Shown piece after piece: positions 29,208 through 38,581 of a stretch of DNA of 64,000 nucleotides. Both the position numbers and the translations under genes were made by a program. The number at the start of each line of letters is the position of its first letter. The stretch's first letter is position 1. Origin of the DNA: Geopsychrobacteraceae bacterium (lineage in GTDB: Bacteria; Desulfobacterota; Desulfuromonadia; Desulfuromonadales; Geopsychrobacteraceae); NCBI GenBank assembly GCA_963662315.1, contig OY759353.1, forward strand, positions 320,001 to 384,000. Reading direction: 5' to 3'. The notes beneath the pieces are model-generated. The model did not search any database. It had not been told where the DNA came from and worked only from the letters and a program-made list of their open reading frames with translations.

Positions 29208-30401
29208 ATGAAACTTGTTGCTGCCAGAGATATTACGGTTGCTGACCTGCCGTATATTTCCAATCCTTTTTTCGCTAAAAACGATGTCCGTGACGCCTAT
29301 TGTGGCGGTTTTACCAGCATTCACAATCTAAACGAATTTGTTCCTTGGCAGTGGCGCAATTATCAACAGGGCCTTGATGAGCTGCTAAAAAAAATTGACA
29401 AGATGGAAGTCTGCCTCGTCTACTCTATGAAGCTCCCCTTCTTGGGGGTCGTCTACTGGCAGCAGGACCCTGACTCCCCAAACAATCCTCAAAAAGGCCG
29501 CTGGGTCGCCAGCCTGTCAGGAATAAACCAATATGCAAACCTGCAGGGAATAGTCTCATCTGCTTACAGTAAAAACATGGTCCCACAAACCCACAGCCAG
29601 CAGAGCTCTTTGCAAAGCAGCACAGCCAAAACGGTGGTCAACCAAGGGTTTGAGAACAGTGTCGAAGGCGGCAGCCGTAAGACTCTGAGTCAGAGACCGG
29701 TGATGGCTAAGCCTGCGGAGGCCGAAAGAGGCGATCACGTATTGCAAGAGGCTACTGCATTTAAGCAAGCTGACTTTGCAAGTACCTACAGCATGCGACT
29801 TTCTCAGACGCCCGCTGAGACAAATGACGTTGTTGGCACAGCGTTGACCGCTGGTGGTTTGAGAACTGGGCTTGGACTTTCGAGGGGGACTGTAGTATCA
29901 TCTTCCGGTGAGAGGGTGGTTCCAGACAACGAAGCTGTGCTTTCTAGGTTGTCACAGCCGGGTGGCTTAGTGGCGACAGAAGGAAATCAAGTCCTTAAGT
30001 TCAATGGAAAGTTGAGCAACCCAACTCACCCGTTATTCAAACATGGCCCAGATGTAACTGACCAATACATTTATGACCGCGTGGCAAATGAATTAGTGGC
30101 AAAAAACCGTACGGGGTTAAGAACGGCGTTTAATGACAGAGCGCAAATGGAGTCAGCTATTTCTGAAACATTTTCGCTTAAGCAAAAAGAAATAAATGCT
30201 TGGATAGCATCAAACCCAAAAGCCGGAATTCCTCGAGCATTCGAAGCGAATCCGGGTATGGGTAACTTAGGGCGAGGTTATGAAGTTACAACAAAGGGTG
30301 GCCCAGTTGTTCCTATTAATCAATCCATGCCAAACGTGAACTTAGTCCTGATACCCGATGGTAAAGGTAGTTTCTTAATTCATACGGCACATCCATTTTA
30401 G
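29208..30401 (+). CDS. Polymorphic toxin with RNase A-like (CdiA-CT type) C-terminal domain
   Basis: C-terminus H.LFKHG...R...TAF.D...W...VNLVL...FLIHTAHPF matches the bacterial RNase A-like toxin pattern. N-terminus unrecognised. GAGGGGG RBS. Confidence 0.72.
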   Translation: MKLVAARDITVADLPYISNPFFAKNDVRDAYCGGFTSIHNLNEFVPWQWRNYQQGLDELLKKIDKMEVCLVYSMKLPFLGVVYWQQDPDSPNNPQKGRWVASLSGINQYANLQGIVSSAYSKNMVPQTHSQQSSLQSSTAKTVVNQGFENSVEGGSRKTLSQRPVMAKPAEAERGDHVLQEATAFKQADFASTYSMRLSQTPAETNDVVGTALTAGGLRTGLGLSRGTVVSSSGERVVPDNEAVLSRLSQPGGLVATEGNQVLKFNGKLSNPTHPLFKHGPDVTDQYIYDRVANELVAKNRTGLRTAFNDRAQMESAISETFSLKQKEINAWIASNPKAGIPRAFEANPGMGNLGRGYEVTTKGGPVVPINQSMPNVNLVLIPDGKGSFLIHTAHPF

Positions 30402-30412
30402 GAAAATAATTA

Positions 30413-30715
30413 ATGATAGGTGAAGATTTTGATTGGCGATCAGCACTGCTGCAACTATTTTCGGCAACAGTTAATCAGCAAACCTTGGAGGAGGCTGCTG
30501 AGTTGATGGTGTCAGTAAGTGCTACTGATAAAAATTATCATGAAGAGTGCATGTTTACACTGGAACAAGCTGTGCAAGCAGCCGAAAGTGGAGACGAATC
30601 TATTAAAGACTACATCAATAAGAGCGGTTATCAGGTCGGAAATCTTTGTGATGCAGTAGAACTTTTGAATGACTTTCACCATGTCTATTCCGAGGAGTAT
30701 GCACGAAATTCATAG
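30413..30715 (+). CDS. Probable cognate immunity protein
   Basis: Small acidic helical ORF 11 bp after the toxin; LLQLFSATVNQ resembles CdiI proteins paired with RNase A-like tips. Confidence 0.7.
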   Translation: MIGEDFDWRSALLQLFSATVNQQTLEEAAELMVSVSATDKNYHEECMFTLEQAVQAAESGDESIKDYINKSGYQVGNLCDAVELLNDFHHVYSEEYARNS

Positions 30716-30722
30716 TGGCTGA

Positions 30723-31205
30723 GAGTTTTATGTTGTTCCAAACAAAAACTTCGATGTTTTAAATCAATCTGGACGTACAGAACTGGATGCAAATGGTTTC
30801 TACAGAACGGAAGGTCTTAGCACTCATTCGTCTATGGCAGAACTTATGGAAACGGGAGCACTGCCGGGTAGTAAAGGTGTAACTCTTACTGACCGGATGG
30901 CGAGATTCGGAGATGTCTACGATTTAGGACGTTTGGACGGTAGGAATATTGAGTTCTCATTAGTGACCGAAAGAGTCGAAGGAAAATTAATTAAAAGGCT
31001 TTATAGCGGTAATGCTTGGACGAGTCCTGTCCCTAGAGATTCAAGATTAATTGGCCACGGTCATCCGAATGAAACTGCAACCCAACTCTGGCCTTCTCCG
31101 GGCGATATGAATACGGTCAATGCCAGGGTAAAACTAGTACCACAAAGGGGACGCTCTAAGTACCACAAAGGGGACGCTCTTAAAAGCTTAACTCATCGTG
31201 TATGA
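30723..31205 (+). pseudogene. Orphan toxin C-terminal module with JAB/MPN-like motif, truncated
   Basis: Frame is open from 30723 (EFYVVPNK...) through the ATG at 30834; E...GHGHP...PSPGD motif; 3' end runs into transposase-end repeats. Confidence 0.6.
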
Positions 31206-32263
31206 CAGCACAGTCTACAGTTCGGGATACTCTGCCAGCAATTTTTTCCCGCGCCTTGCCGCAATCGTGACCCCAGAGCCAGTAATACCAAGGCGTCGTG
31301 CTATGTCAACACCTCGATGACCGCTTGCAAAGGCTTTATGGCAGATAATGCTTCTGGTGTTGGCAATCTGTTGCGAGCGACTCTGCGATGTCAGCTCTGT
31401 TATCGACAGGCCAGTTTTGGCACAAACCTGCTTAACGATCTCGTCCAAGGAGAGTTCTGCAACAGACGGTTTTTCTTCCACTTGCTGCAGGAGTTGTTCA
31501 ACAAAATCTCCGCGCCCCAAGACCCGCGCATCCCGAAAATTATCTTCCGGTTGTTCCGCCGCTGCCTGGCGTCGCTGCGAGCCGGAACCAACTAGATCGT
31601 TTCTGTGCCCCATGGCGATGCCATCTGCAACAAAAGTACAGTAACCTTGACGTGAAGTTTTCATGGTTTCACCAAACCGCGCCAGCACTTCGGTTGTCAC
31701 TTGTCCCGGCAGGGTTCGTTGACCGAGCAACACAGAGTGTCCGCACCACGGATAAAGATCCAGTTCTTCAAGGGTTGAGATGATTCCTGCACGTAGCGGA
31801 TTCAGGTGGATGTAACGCACCAGTTCCAGCAGATACTCTTCTTCGTCACAGACAATCGATTTATAACGATTCTGGAAAAGATGGCCGGAACGTTGATGCC
31901 GGTGGTTGAAGGTGACAGCGTAACCGGTCAAGAGTCGCCGCATGAATTTAGCCAGAGGAGTCGAATGTGGGCAGAATAAAAGATGGACGTGGTTGTCGAG
32001 AAGCGCCCAGGCCAGGCAATCCGTTTCAGTCGCAAGCAACAGGTCAGAAAAACGATTAACAAAATTGCGACGATCGTCATCATCGACAAAAATATTCCGC
32101 CGTTCAATCCCACGGAAGATAACGTGCTGTAACAGATTCGGGATGTCGATACGGGCAGAACGTGGCATTTGTGGAAAGTAGCAGAAGAAGGTTTGTTAGT
32201 CAATGATTTAAGAGCGTCCCCTTCGGTTCTATAATGATTTAAGAGCGTCCCCTTCGGTTCTAT
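31136..32263 (-). mobile_element. RAYT-like Y1 transposase element bounded by duplicated inverted repeats
   Basis: Perfect 17-bp IR AAGGGGACGCTCTTAAA (31168-31184) / TTTAAGAGCGTCCCCTT (32207-32223). Left 22-bp unit occurs twice; right 31-bp unit occurs twice. Confidence 0.75.
31215..32168 (-). CDS. REP-associated tyrosine transposase (HUH/Y1) with C-terminal DnaA-C-like HTH
   Basis: MPRSAR, HVIFRG, NHVHLL (HUH), GHLFQNRYKS and RYIHLNP motifs. Confidence 0.88.
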   Translation of the reverse strand: MPRSARIDIPNLLQHVIFRGIERRNIFVDDDDRRNFVNRFSDLLLATETDCLAWALLDNHVHLLFCPHSTPLAKFMRRLLTGYAVTFNHRHQRSGHLFQNRYKSIVCDEEEYLLELVRYIHLNPLRAGIISTLEELDLYPWCGHSVLLGQRTLPGQVTTEVLARFGETMKTSRQGYCTFVADGIAMGHRNDLVGSGSQRRQAAAEQPEDNFRDARVLGRGDFVEQLLQQVEEKPSVAELSLDEIVKQVCAKTGLSITELTSQSRSQQIANTRSIICHKAFASGHRGVDIARRLGITGSGVTIAARRGKKLLAEYPEL

Positions 32264-32612
32264 ACTGTCATTTATAACAATCAGTGGCGGTATCCGCCTG
32301 TTGATTAATTCGGGCTGCGAAACCCGGTTGCAGATTTTGCTGCAACGTTGATAGCGTAGCCTTGGCCATGGCGGCTGTCAAGGGAATTAGGGGTTCTGTA
32401 CTGGCTTATCATAACGAATCACCCTCTTTTGTACTTTTGAATTGCCCTTTATATTTTTCTATCTTCAAACCAAGAAGCTTTGCGGGTTCTTTGGTCAATA
32501 GGTGGTAGTTTTAGAAGAACAACTACTAAGGTTATTGTAGAGATAAAAGAGATCTATCTGCATGGGTGATAATTAATTTCATAGGGTTCATTTGCCAGAG
32601 AGTGAGCATTTT

Positions 32613-35600
32613 ATGGGGAAAAAATCTAGACTGAAACGTGAACGTAGGGCTACCCAGAAAAAGCCCAAGAAGACTTTACTACCTCATGAAATAGAATTTT
32701 GTCGTGCCTGTAATGAGATTAAAGCCCTTTTTGCTCATTACTCAGCCTATGACGTAATCACATCATTGAATATTTCAGATCTTTGGCTTCCTAATATATC
32801 TAGCCAGGTTAAGCATATCCTTGCTTTCTCTATTTCCGTTGCTATGAATAAGGACAGTTTTGAGGGTGAAAAGAGAATAGAAACATATTCAGATTTCAAA
32901 CATTTTCTTGAGCAATTATATGCAGTATTGCCAAGCTTTCCTATGCTTGAAGACTACATGCCTGAGCAAGATTGGGGAGAAGTGAGTTTTTTGTCAAAGG
33001 GAGTGCTCCTGAAAATATTTTATGGAGGAGTTGTTGAGCGAATATCAGATTTTATTACCGCGTTTAATCTAATACATGGTTCTGGGACTCAAGCAAGTCA
33101 GGATATGCATCTTGCATTACTATTACAAGATCACATTTTGACGTCCGTTGAGCCGGATGTTTCTGGCGATTTAGATCGCTTGCCAATTGGATATATTGAG
33201 ATTCCAACGGAAATTTTTTGGAAATCCTGTCGTGATGCTCTTATCTCCCTAGCAGGGCAAGATACCTTTGCGGGGATAAGCCCGGGTCTGATAATAAAGC
33301 TTGGGGCTTTGACAAGCCCAGCCCAGTATAATGATTTTGGTGATGCTGTAATGAAAGGCTCTGCGCTCCCTGCCTTCTTTGTTGATTTGGATACTTGTTG
33401 CCTGCCATTGGCGTCCAGAAATTCAGCATCCAATGTTATCGAATATTGGGCAGACAAAGAAGGTGTCGTTAAGCAGGAGGTGATAGCTGATTTTGTTTCG
33501 TCTCGGTTCCAACGCGTTATTAAAGGCCCTTTTAAGATCATTTCCTGTCTTGGGGAACATCCATTCATTTTTTCTGCTGCGATTCTCAGCGGAGAAAATC
33601 CGTACTTGATCATAACGTTAGATAAAAATAATCTAAGCAGCATGCCGAGGTTTGAGAGCATTTTGAGGCAAGTTGTTAGTTCGGGTGACTGGGGATTGCG
33701 ATTGAATGCTAGTCAAGAGGTGGTACAAATTCGTAAACCGAATGGAGCCTTGCCAACCATTGACCAACTGGCTGTCATTGTGGTGCTTTCGCACGTTTCG
33801 ACAGTCACTGGTTTTCTAAAACCTCCTAAATTGAAGGCTCGCATTTTGCCTTTTCCAGACTTTATTACGATTTTTGATTCTGCAAAGAATATTGAGGAGC
33901 TAGATCGCTATTGGGCGTTTGTAGATGCTAATGCCCAGCAAGTTGGTAGGTTCGCAGGGCCGGTTGATTTTTTTGCAGCCTTTCGTGATTCCAATTCGTT
34001 GTTGGTAGATGGTGCCGTGACGCCCTCTATGATTACTTTAGATCCACACTGGGGCACATCTTGGCGATATCGCATGGTAAAAGAATATTGGGACAATGCC
34101 CCACCTTCTTTTCCTGAACAGCCGGAAAATACTGCTTGGATTTCTGAGAAGGATGAATATGGACTTTACAAGTTAACAGCAAAAAATATTCCTGCATTAT
34201 GTTGGAGTTCGGTCATTGGTAAATGTACGGTTCATTTTCTATTGGTGGTTGGAAATCAGCCCATCGGAGTTGACGACGGACGTGTTCTTGAGTTGTTAAT
34301 CCATTGCTTGGCTGATTCTCTTAATCAGAGAAAATCGATCCTTTCAAGTTTGCCTTTATTTGATAATTATAGACAGATTTTAACGACATGCTATGTGCAA
34401 ATGGATTCTCTTGCTTCTCAGGGGAGTGCAATCAACTCAAAACCTTCCTTGTTTGAAGGCTGGAAAACCCTTTCAAATATTACTCATAAATTTTTACATA
34501 TTAGCGTCGAAGCAAATATTCAGCGTGTTCATCGGAGTCTATCCAATGCGATTGATGCTACTTTTGAGGTTGAAGTGCTTTCAGAATGGATTAAAGGGGC
34601 TTCTTCAATTGTAGATATCCCTATCCTTTCTAAATTATTTCCTGTTTTGGAAGAGACTTCTTCTAGAAAACCTCGCTTTATGATGAAGGTTATGGATAGA
34701 GAAGTGGATATTCCGCAGTATGCTAGCCCTCTTGTTCCCAACCCTGAACATTATAAGATTGCAAGACGTGATCTTGCCATTACGTTCAAAGCGCTGGGGG
34801 CAAATGAAGGACAATATGAACTCGCGGAAGCTAAAAAATTGATTGATCCGGCAAGAGATCAGTTTAGAAATTTGATTCATAGCCAAATATCTATTTTGAA
34901 GCGCGATGATCTTATTTATTTTTGTGTAGGGCAATTGGATGAATTGATTGCAGAGTACGACCGAGAGAAGATCAAAATCAATATGAGCTTATCGCACGAG
35001 GTAGAGTATGATCGTACTGCGAGACTAGCTGAAGCATATGATCATTTTGTCAAGGACTCCCGAAATTACAGATACCTGCTTGAATGCTCTCTCAGCATGC
35101 CAACCTCGGGCAGTACAGAGGTGACAAATGAGAGGGCAATACAACTAATAGCCAGTATTGATTGGCTTATGGTTCTTTTTAATGCTAGTGATGTTTTGCA
35201 TAATGGACTTGATGTTGCAGGATTGAAACTTGACAACTTCTTTATTCCTCATATCTATTATTCAGATATGAATGAAGCCCGTGAATCCGAATTTGCAAAT
35301 GAGATAGCCGATTTTAAACTAGGAATGGGATTAAACCCTAATGATGAAGTTAAAGCGATTCGACCGGAAGATCCAACATGGAAGGCGCTCGGGCAGGCTT
35401 TTAAAAATGACACTGGGGTATCTCTAAACGACTTGATTTCAGGACTGTTAATCCTTTCTCGATGGCCATCTGCAACAAAATCAGAAGATCTGTCCTTTGT
35501 GTATTCAGCTTCTGTTGAGAATGTATGTGAAACTTTGGTCGGGATCATTGGTGAGCTAAATAGAGATGCGTCAAAGCATCTTTTATCTTTAATAACGCTT

Positions 35601-36344
35601 GATCCGAAAAAGATCCGTCGTTTACTTGGAAAGTCACAAGATGAAGGCGATGTTCCTATATGGGAACACAATAAGCGAGGTGATCGGTTTACAATTAAGC
35701 CAGTTATTTTAGGGAAAAATGGGATTATGCACTGGGGTGCTGCTTCTGCAGAAAGGGCGGCCAGAATATGGCAAAATACTTTTGCTAGTGGCTATATGCC
35801 CGCCGATTTTGATTGGCCGGAGGTCAAAGAGGTGGTACGAGGCATCAAGTCCCGTATGGAGAAGCGGCTAGAGACAAAAACTGCTGAAATCCTTTCTCGT
35901 GCTACGCCCTATGTAGCTGGAGGGGTAGATTTTATGCGCCGCTTTCCTAACGAAAGCTTTGAAGATGTTGGTGACTTTGATGGACTAGCCTACTGGCCAG
36001 AAACGAACCAGTGGCTTATTGCAGAATGTAAATACAATCAACCAGTCTTCTGCTTAAAAGATGGTAGGCGTCTAAGGGACCGCATTTTTGGAACACCCAC
36101 GCATAAATCGCAGTTTACTAAAATAGAAAGACGGAGGTTTTTTTTTAACACTCATCTTGATCAGCTTCGACTCCTTCTTGGGTGGCCATCACCGCAGGAA
36201 GGCTTATTGCCTATTACGCATGAAATTTATGTTAGCCTTGATATATATTGGTGGATGCGCAACCCTCCTTATCTGATTCCTACTCATTTTGTGCGCGTCG
36301 ATGGCCTTGATAATTGGCTTCGAAATTTTGAACTTTTGAAGTAA
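32613..36344 (+). CDS. Large hypothetical protein with C-terminal PD-(D/E)xK-like nuclease motif; candidate defence protein
   Basis: About 1243 aa, AT-rich; C-terminal E...GDFDGLAY...LIAECK. Confidence 0.65.
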   Translation: MGKKSRLKRERRATQKKPKKTLLPHEIEFCRACNEIKALFAHYSAYDVITSLNISDLWLPNISSQVKHILAFSISVAMNKDSFEGEKRIETYSDFKHFLEQLYAVLPSFPMLEDYMPEQDWGEVSFLSKGVLLKIFYGGVVERISDFITAFNLIHGSGTQASQDMHLALLLQDHILTSVEPDVSGDLDRLPIGYIEIPTEIFWKSCRDALISLAGQDTFAGISPGLIIKLGALTSPAQYNDFGDAVMKGSALPAFFVDLDTCCLPLASRNSASNVIEYWADKEGVVKQEVIADFVSSRFQRVIKGPFKIISCLGEHPFIFSAAILSGENPYLIITLDKNNLSSMPRFESILRQVVSSGDWGLRLNASQEVVQIRKPNGALPTIDQLAVIVVLSHVSTVTGFLKPPKLKARILPFPDFITIFDSAKNIEELDRYWAFVDANAQQVGRFAGPVDFFAAFRDSNSLLVDGAVTPSMITLDPHWGTSWRYRMVKEYWDNAPPSFPEQPENTAWISEKDEYGLYKLTAKNIPALCWSSVIGKCTVHFLLVVGNQPIGVDDGRVLELLIHCLADSLNQRKSILSSLPLFDNYRQILTTCYVQMDSLASQGSAINSKPSLFEGWKTLSNITHKFLHISVEANIQRVHRSLSNAIDATFEVEVLSEWIKGASSIVDIPILSKLFPVLEETSSRKPRFMMKVMDREVDIPQYASPLVPNPEHYKIARRDLAITFKALGANEGQYELAEAKKLIDPARDQFRNLIHSQISILKRDDLIYFCVGQLDELIAEYDREKIKINMSLSHEVEYDRTARLAEAYDHFVKDSRNYRYLLECSLSMPTSGSTEVTNERAIQLIASIDWLMVLFNASDVLHNGLDVAGLKLDNFFIPHIYYSDMNEARESEFANEIADFKLGMGLNPNDEVKAIRPEDPTWKALGQAFKNDTGVSLNDLISGLLILSRWPSATKSEDLSFVYSASVENVCETLVGIIGELNRDASKHLLSLITLDPKKIRRLLGKSQDEGDVPIWEHNKRGDRFTIKPVILGKNGIMHWGAASAERAARIWQNTFASGYMPADFDWPEVKEVVRGIKSRMEKRLETKTAEILSRATPYVAGGVDFMRRFPNESFEDVGDFDGLAYWPETNQWLIAECKYNQPVFCLKDGRRLRDRIFGTPTHKSQFTKIERRRFFFNTHLDQLRLLLGWPSPQEGLLPITHEIYVSLDIYWWMRNPPYLIPTHFVRVDGLDNWLRNFELLK

Positions 36345-36525
36345 TTATGGTCCAGGCGCAGGCTTTGGCATTTAACTTATCGCTCCTGTTTTAAAGGTTG
36401 TTGATACCTGCGGCAGACCTTCGAAGATCCAAGTGTGGGTTAGCGAGAGCCATCTGTCAATTTTACGGGTCCTTCATAGAGTTGAGCCCACTGCCGACAG
36501 GCAAGCGCGTAATAACTCTCTACGA

Positions 36526-37895
36526 GGTAGTGTAAAGAATCTTTCGCTTTTTTCGGCAGCGCCCGATTTTAGTTAGCCTGCATCCGCCTCCATCATTTGC
36601 TCAAAATCCTGTTCCCTGAGTAAGTCCATGTTCAGATATTTCTTCTGCCCCCATTTTGTTCCAGCAATATGTCGTAATCTTGCGGCACACAGCATTAATG
36701 CCGAATGACCATCGGGGAATGCGCCGACAACCTTAGTTCGGCGCCTGATTTCCTTCATAATACGCTCAAGAGCATTGTTGGTGCGAATCCGACTATGATG
36801 ACTCCTTGGAAATTTATAGTAAGTCAGAGTTTCATCTATCGACTCCCGAACTTTCTGAGCGGCCTCTTTCAAACGTAAGGCTTCAAGCTTTTCAATGATC
36901 TGCTCAGCTTTTTCCTTGGCTGCAGCTTTGTCTTCAGATGCATGGATCGCTTTCAGCATGGCCGCGACGTCTTTAACCCGTCTTCTTGGAACAGTATTGA
37001 ACACATTCCGGTAAAAATGGACCATACAACGTTGCCATTTGGTCTCCGGATAGTATTCGGCCAATGACTCTACCAGCCCCATACAGGCATCGGTTATAAA
37101 CAGGCGAACACCGCGCAAGCCGCGCTCCTTCAAATGCCGCAGGAATCCAGACCAACCCGCCTTGTCTTCTTTGTGTCCCTCAGCAACACCGAGAATCTTG
37201 CGATAGCCATCACTGTTAACGCCGATCGCAACCAGGACAGAAACGTTGCTGACTTCTCCGGCCCAGGAACGTTTTAGAACGATACCATCCAGATAAACAT
37301 AAGGAAATTCGTCCCCAATGGGCTGCTTCCGCCATTGCTCGATCTTTGTGTAGACTTTTTTATTCAGATTGCTGATCGTTCCGGGACTGACTTTCGTGCC
37401 CCACAATGCTTCGGTAATATCCTCGACACGTCGAACCGATACACCAGCTAAATACATTTCGATCAAAGCTTCTTCAACGGATGCTTCCCGACGTTTGTAG
37501 CGTTCAATGATCGCTGTCTCAAAGGTCTGTTGCCTCAATTTAGGGACCTTTAAATTGACTTCACCAGCCGTCGTTTGAAGTTTCCTTTGATAATGCCCGG
37601 CCCTGGTATCAGTACGTGCCTCATTTCGTTGGTATTTCTCAGCATTGCATAAGCGATCGGCTTCTGCATCCAACATGTCATTCAACGTCTGCTCGACGGT
37701 ACTACGTACGATTTGACCCAAATGATTTTTGACAGCAGCTTCATTCAGTTGAATGATCTTATCTTGCTTTGGTGTACAATCATTTTCCACGGCAGTGTTC
37801 TCCTTTGGACTAGAGTTTGTGTTTGGCGATACAATTCTAAACATTTAGGACACTGCCGTGTCTTTTTAAAAAAGCGAAAAATATTTTACGTTATC
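36526..37895 (-). mobile_element. IS256-family insertion sequence
   Basis: Imperfect IRs GGTAGTGTAAAGAATCTTTCGCTTTTTT / AAAAAAGCGAAAAATATTTTACGTTATC; perfect 8-bp target duplication CTCTACGA (36518-36525, 37896-37903). Confidence 0.95.
36573..37790 (-). CDS. IS256 transposase
   Basis: EMYLAGVSVRRV, YLDG, QRCMVHF, RTNNALER. Probable GTG start at 37790 after AAAGGAG, sequestered in an IR (37788-37860). Confidence 0.92.
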   Translation of the reverse strand: MENDCTPKQDKIIQLNEAAVKNHLGQIVRSTVEQTLNDMLDAEADRLCNAEKYQRNEARTDTRAGHYQRKLQTTAGEVNLKVPKLRQQTFETAIIERYKRREASVEEALIEMYLAGVSVRRVEDITEALWGTKVSPGTISNLNKKVYTKIEQWRKQPIGDEFPYVYLDGIVLKRSWAGEVSNVSVLVAIGVNSDGYRKILGVAEGHKEDKAGWSGFLRHLKERGLRGVRLFITDACMGLVESLAEYYPETKWQRCMVHFYRNVFNTVPRRRVKDVAAMLKAIHASEDKAAAKEKAEQIIEKLEALRLKEAAQKVRESIDETLTYYKFPRSHHSRIRTNNALERIMKEIRRRTKVVGAFPDGHSALMLCAARLRHIAGTKWGQKKYLNMDLLREQDFEQMMEADAG

Positions 37896-38131
37896 CTCTA
37901 CGAATCAACGTTTTTACTGCTTCCGGTTTTCCATATGTTTAATAGACGTTAGGTCTTGAACCCCTTCTGGATTCATACCAGATTGAGTAGACGAATTAGG
38001 CGGAAAGCGTCTTGGATATATCAGCCTCGTCAAGGTTTGAAAAATGACTTTTTAATTTAAGGTAACAAGCAAAAGAAAGTGATAGGTGAAAAGGGGAGGG
38101 GATGAATTTAGGGAGCATAAGAAGAAAAAAA

Positions 38132-38153
38132 GTATCACCCAATGTATCACCCA
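38132..38153. promoter_or_regulatory. Tandem GTATCACCCA direct repeat, candidate integrase arm-type sites
   Basis: Two exact 10-mers with 12-bp spacing, about 60 bp beyond the tRNA 3' end. Confidence 0.5.
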
Positions 38154-38209
38154 GTACATTAGATATCAAAAAAGCACTTAACGGATAATCGCTAAGTGCT
38201 TGATTTTTA

Positions 38210-38285
<76 letters not shown>

Positions 38286-38581
38286 TTTCAAGGTGGGCGA
38301 TTTATAGCAAACCAAAGCTGGGGGTGTCAACAGGAAAAATTCGATAAAATTTGTGTCGCAGCAATAATTGAAAGATATTCATTCCGGCTTCGTGTAAAAC
38401 ATATCTCTGTTTGATGCTACATTTTTACTAGCAACGTTTAAATTTCTGGGTGATTTGTGCGTAATTGCCTGTGCTCACTGCTTTATATAGATATCTTGTT
38501 GAAACGACAGGTGGCATGCTAAACTTCTGCGCACTGATTGTGATTATTCCTTTCAACTGTAGCAGCCGACGGGGAATATAA

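Noticed and set aside
31136..32263. Tandem repeats as a CRISPR array
   Set aside because: Only two adjacent copies per side, no spacers and no cas genes.
32278..32360. Hairpin and GCCTGTTGATTAATTC resembling an IS end or attC site
   Set aside because: No partner IR, no transposase or integron integrase, and no complete attC boxes.
36409..36439. Minus-strand PHLDLRRSAA resembling integrase box II
   Set aside because: Too short, interrupted by stops, and no other integrase motifs nearby.
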